From positions 92,272-156,271 of the forward strand of contig JACPGJ010000008.1 in NCBI GenBank assembly GCA_016182555.1: a stretch of DNA of 64,000 bases, given 5' to 3'. Positions 59,843 to 64,000 of this stretch are shown here, piece after piece; positions within the stretch are counted from its first letter, which is position 1, and every line of letters starts with the position of its first letter. The notes beneath the pieces were generated by a model. The model ran no database searches. It saw only the letters and a list, made by a program, of their open reading frames with translations, and was not told where the DNA came from. This DNA is from Candidatus Kerfeldbacteria bacterium. Lineage in GTDB: Bacteria; Patescibacteriota; Patescibacteriia; UBA9570; XYC2-FULL-38-9. A program made the translations under genes and the position numbers.

Positions 59843-60589
59843 TTATATGCCGAAAAAGTGAGCAGCGATTTGACCAACCATATATCCGAAAGCTGCAGCG
59901 GTAAAAGAGATCATCATCATTTCCAAACCACTCCGGAGTCGGTTCACATGCACCATTCTTCCTTTGACATAACCAATACCAAACAAAATAGCAATGGAAG
60001 AAAAAAGCGATGTTGGCAATGCTGTAGCGATTGGAAGAAAAAAATAACTAACCAGTGGAACCAATCCACCAAAAACATACGACACTCCCATAAACAAAGC
60101 GTCTGTTTTTGGCGTGCCATCATATTGCGGAATAACCCGTAATTCTTTAAATGCCATTTCTTCTAACCACAACTTCTTATCGCTGGTTATACGATTCACT
60201 ACTATCTCAATTTCTTCGGGCAAAAATCCACGCGCACGATAAAATTCTACCAACTCGGCACGCTCCCCTGCCGGGTTTTTCTCAATCTCCTGCTCCTCTT
60301 CCCATAACATACGCTCATCTACTTCACGCGCAGATTTTGAAGACAAAAAGGTCCCCGCCGCCATAGAAATGGATTCCACCACAATCACCACACAACCAGA
60401 AAGAATGACAATGCGGTGATCTTGCACTCCACCCGCAATACCAGTGATTGCACCAAGTGTCGAAACGATTCCATCTTGTAAACCAAAAATAATTTCTCTC
60501 AGCGAATGTAACACCTTACTTCGCCATGTGTGCGAAACGTGGTGGTTTAATTCGTGGTGAATATACCGAGGATGTTGTTGTTTGTTCAT
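59843..60589 (-). CDS. VIT1/CCC1 family Fe/Mn transporter
   Basis: IIFGLQDGIVST, SMAAGTFLS. Confidence 0.9.
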   Translation of the reverse strand: MNKQQHPRYIHHELNHHVSHTWRSKVLHSLREIIFGLQDGIVSTLGAITGIAGGVQDHRIVILSGCVVIVVESISMAAGTFLSSKSAREVDERMLWEEEQEIEKNPAGERAELVEFYRARGFLPEEIEIVVNRITSDKKLWLEEMAFKELRVIPQYDGTPKTDALFMGVSYVFGGLVPLVSYFFLPIATALPTSLFSSIAILFGIGYVKGRMVHVNRLRSGLEMMMISFTAAAFGYMVGQIAAHFFGI

Positions 60590-62007
60590 ACATGAAAACC
60601 AATCAATGGCCAATATACTAGGGCAGATACCCAAAATATAATGATAGAGACCGCATTGAGAAGTACGCCATATTTTGCCGTATCACTAGTCTGCACATAT
60701 TTCGATGATACCGCCAGCGCGACAGCAGGAGTACTCATCGGCAGCATAAATGCCAGGCCGGAAGGAATGGCAATAGCCATGGTAATCACTTTTGCGTCAA
60801 TACCAAATTTTTCTCCAGTAAATAAACCAATAGGCAATAATAAGGCGATGACGGCAGAGTTGCTCATGCCTTCGGTTAGCACCTCCGATAACACACAAAA
60901 TAATAAAATGAGCACAGGAGCCGAGACCATCCAATTATCAAAAATGTTACTCGCAATCCAGGCCACAGCACCAGATTTATCCAATGCAGACCCAAGCGCA
61001 ATAGCGCCACCATACATGAGAATAATCCCCCAATTCACATCTTGTTCTGCCTGTTTCCAACTCATCATTTTGAATATAAACGCGAAGGCAACGGCACCAA
61101 GAGCAATATTAGCAATGCCAACAGCATGACCAAGTGTCGCCCATAAGACAATAGTTGCTACCATGAGCAGGCCAATAAATTTTTCTCGTTGCGATAAGGC
61201 ACCCATGCTGTGAACACGTTTTTCTAAATACTGCGTCGCCTCTTGCATAGCATGTTGTTCATGGCGAACTAGGCGTGTTAAAAAAAAGATTGCGGCGACT
61301 AACAGGACAATAACTGTAGGAAGCGCGGCTAACATCCATGGGATAAACCCAATTGTTTGACCAGTGGTTTGTTCCAACATACCCAACGCGAGCAATGCAC
61401 GAGCACCTCCTAAAAATGTTGCGATACCACCGATAATACAGCCCCAAGCCATAGCAAGAAATAATGCTTTACCGTATGCAGTACCCTTCTTCAATTTCAT
61501 GGCCTGGGTAATTTCATAAATGATGGGAAAGATCATGGCCGCCACAGCATGTTCAGACATTAAAAATGACAACCCCGCCGTCAATAATAATATTCCAATC
61601 AACAACGTCGTACTATTTTTTTCAAAACGCCGCAGCACCAAGAGCGCAATACGCATACTGAGACCAGAACGCATAACAGCAGAAGCTAAAATAAATGCAC
61701 CAAGGATAAAAAATACCGCTTGGTTACCAAACAACGCATAGGCGTCTTTGCTGTCCATCACATGGAGTAGCGGTAATAAAATAAGAGCGAGCATACTCGT
61801 CACCATCAACGGAATAGCGTTGGTCACCCAGAACACTAATGCTAAAAAAAAGATCGCCAGCGCGTTCATGCCAGCACGACTCAAGCCATCAGGTGGTGGT
61901 AAAAAAACCATCGCGCTACTGATTGCTGCTGTGATGATAATCACATAAGGACGCAATTTTTTTTTCAATTCGTAATACGGTAACCCGATAAATTGGACTG
62001 ACTTCAT
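60586..62007 (-). CDS. DASS/SLC13 sodium:anion symporter family
   Basis: WVTNAIP, MSEHA, MSNSA, FMLPMSTP; many TMs. Confidence 0.85.
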   Translation of the reverse strand: MKSVQFIGLPYYELKKKLRPYVIIITAAISSAMVFLPPPDGLSRAGMNALAIFFLALVFWVTNAIPLMVTSMLALILLPLLHVMDSKDAYALFGNQAVFFILGAFILASAVMRSGLSMRIALLVLRRFEKNSTTLLIGILLLTAGLSFLMSEHAVAAMIFPIIYEITQAMKLKKGTAYGKALFLAMAWGCIIGGIATFLGGARALLALGMLEQTTGQTIGFIPWMLAALPTVIVLLVAAIFFLTRLVRHEQHAMQEATQYLEKRVHSMGALSQREKFIGLLMVATIVLWATLGHAVGIANIALGAVAFAFIFKMMSWKQAEQDVNWGIILMYGGAIALGSALDKSGAVAWIASNIFDNWMVSAPVLILLFCVLSEVLTEGMSNSAVIALLLPIGLFTGEKFGIDAKVITMAIAIPSGLAFMLPMSTPAVALAVSSKYVQTSDTAKYGVLLNAVSIIIFWVSALVYWPLIGFHV

Positions 62008-62011
62008 AGAC

Positions 62012-63700
62012 TTATAAAGCAAATTGAATCTTATGGAGCTTCTTCAGCTCTGCAATATGTTGCTTCCGACGTTTGGTCACATTCCCACTCACGATGGTTG
62101 AAAGGTAATCTGCGCTAATCGAGGTAGGCAAAATAACGAAGCTCGCTCCATAATGATAGAATTCAAGCGCGTCGTCAATATGAAATGCCGTGACAAATAT
62201 TTTTGCTCGAACTTTGTGCGCACGGGCATATTTCAATAATGCCAACGTATCACGGCGTGTACGAACCGTAGAAATAATCAGATCAGCATGCTGTAGGGCA
62301 GCTTTTTCAAGCACCTCATCATCACCCATGCTTCCATAAATGTGCGGAATCTGTTCTTGCTGTAAATGCCTAATCACATCTGGGTTGGTATCGATAACCA
62401 TGACGGGTTTTTGTAATTCTTCAATCAAGGTACGCGCACGGTGCCCCATCATATGGTGTCCACATAAAACGACATGATGTTGTAATTTTTCTGGAATATG
62501 TTCTAAGCGCAAAGCGTGTTTGCGACGTTGGAATTTTTTCAACAATGGACGTGCCACCACATACAGCTGGTCACTATATTCAATCATATACGTGGAAATC
62601 GTCACCGTAATTAAACCAATCAATGCGATTAACGAAACAAATTCATGTTCAACGATACCAGAGAGATATGCTAAATTGATAAGAATAAAAGAAAACTCAC
62701 TCACTTGCCCAATCGCAAAACCTGCCTGGAAACTGGTATGCGATCGATAGCCAAACAGCAATAATGCACCGGTAACTACCACAGAAGAAACGATTAAGAC
62801 GAAAAGAGAAAGAATAATCGTTGGCAAAAGAATATGTGCATTTGTAGAAAAAATCAGCTCTCCGCCCAGAATAGCAAAAAACAACGGTAGGAAAAAATCA
62901 CGCAACGAAGTGATACGATGAGCGATTTCTATACTATATGGAAGGAACGAAAGACTGATACCAGCAAGGAGCGCGCCGACTTCCACAGAAAAACCAAGCT
63001 GGAGGGCCAAGACAGAAAAAACTAAACACCAACAGATGGAACCTAAAAATAACAATTCACTACTTCGCGCAAAGTACGTAAAGATATAACGTAAAAGAAA
63101 ACGAGAAGAAAGGAGGGCCGCTAAGAATAAACAAAAAATCTTTAGGATGGCAATACCAACGGCACTCACGAGTGCGGTACCAGAAGCTGAACCACTGAAA
63201 ATACCAAAGAAAATGAGCACTAAAATGGCCATAAAATCTTGCGTCAACAACAAGCCAATGACCAGTTGTCCATATAATGTATCCAGCTCCTTTCGTTCTC
63301 CCAGCAATTTCAATACAACAATGGTACTGGAAAAACCAAGGGCAATGGCGAGCAACAACGATGGAATCGGTGGAAACCCGAGCAACCGTGTGACCAAATA
63401 ACCTAAACCGACGGCGACTCCCATTTGAATACAACCAACAAGAATAGCTACCTTGCCGGTATTGAAAAATTTACGCAAATCCAATTCAATACCCACCAAA
63501 AACAATAAAAATGCAATACCAAATGTGGAAAGCACATCCAGGAGTTCACCGCTGCGGATGACATTCAATACCGATGGACCAAGAATAACTCCCGCGAGAA
63601 TGTAGGCCGGAATCATGGGTTGGCGAAAAAACTTCGCGACGGTGGCGCATAACGTGGCAACAATGAGAATAGCGCTAATTTCAAAAAATATCGAATCCAT
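62012..63700 (-). CDS. CPA2 cation:proton antiporter with TrkA-N domain (Kef-like)
   Basis: LFLVGIE, FSSTIVV, QD, QVSEFSF, C-terminal KTN. Confidence 0.9.
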   Translation of the reverse strand: MDSIFFEISAILIVATLCATVAKFFRQPMIPAYILAGVILGPSVLNVIRSGELLDVLSTFGIAFLLFLVGIELDLRKFFNTGKVAILVGCIQMGVAVGLGYLVTRLLGFPPIPSLLLAIALGFSSTIVVLKLLGERKELDTLYGQLVIGLLLTQDFMAILVLIFFGIFSGSASGTALVSAVGIAILKIFCLFLAALLSSRFLLRYIFTYFARSSELLFLGSICWCLVFSVLALQLGFSVEVGALLAGISLSFLPYSIEIAHRITSLRDFFLPLFFAILGGELIFSTNAHILLPTIILSLFVLIVSSVVVTGALLLFGYRSHTSFQAGFAIGQVSEFSFILINLAYLSGIVEHEFVSLIALIGLITVTISTYMIEYSDQLYVVARPLLKKFQRRKHALRLEHIPEKLQHHVVLCGHHMMGHRARTLIEELQKPVMVIDTNPDVIRHLQQEQIPHIYGSMGDDEVLEKAALQHADLIISTVRTRRDTLALLKYARAHKVRAKIFVTAFHIDDALEFYHYGASFVILPTSISADYLSTIVSGNVTKRRKQHIAELKKLHKIQFAL

Positions 63701-63704
63701 ATTG

Positions 63705-64000
63705 TTACAAACGAATAAGCTGACCGTTTTTTTTCAGCTTATACATAAAGCGATCTTCTCCAAAAATAACGATTATTCGTTTTTTCTTTTTTTTGATACG
63801 CAGTTTCATGTCTTGTGCGGTTTGCTGTTCATGTAATTGAATCCGTTTTTGTTCCTTTTTCTTCAGCGCATTTTGTGCCGTGAGTCTCATAACGGTCAGC
63901 TGCAAACGTTGATTGCGTTGAGTAGCGATAATCACCGAATGATAGGCAGAAAAAAATTTTACCACACGTAGTTTGTATTGATCTGGTTTTTTCTGTTGTA
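63705..64000 (-). CDS. C-terminal part of a hypothetical protein (5' end outside window)
   Basis: Frame open to the window edge: ...QQKKPDQYKLRVVKFFSAYHSVIIA...YKLKKNGQLIRL*. Confidence 0.65.
   Translation of the reverse strand, partial: QQKKPDQYKLRVVKFFSAYHSVIIATQRNQRLQLTVMRLTAQNALKKKEQKRIQLHEQQTAQDMKLRIKKKKKRIIVIFGEDRFMYKLKKNGQLIRL

Overview
A mostly housekeeping stretch of a small-genome bacterium using the standard genetic code. The gene content and style point to Patescibacteria/CPR (inference): DUF3048 pair, DUF5663, baseplate-J-like protein, dimeric GlyRS, CarS-like protein, short AtpH, and few Shine-Dalgarno sites. Core genes include rplY, rodA, dnaE, thrS, miaB, gatB, secE-nusG-rplK-rplA, gyrB, pheST, a UvrD helicase-nuclease, a rearranged F-type ATP synthase operon, rmuC, tatD, metG, glyQS and ion transporters. 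Small accessory patches hold a ParA-like ATPase, a beta-carbonic-anhydrase-like gene, a HEPN/MNT pair and orphan or small ORFs. Four things stand out. (1) A dTTP-synthesis cluster is built around a three-domain MtrA-like/ThyA/DUF4346 thymidylate synthase, with no DHFR in the window. (2) Several short palindromic repeat families show compensatory base changes, and one copy sits in frame inside the helicase gene. (3) Two proteins appear to share a basic C-terminal domain. (4) The c-ring carries most of the Na+-binding signature. No rRNA, tRNA, CRISPR array or transposase was seen. All family calls come from motif recognition, not database searches.
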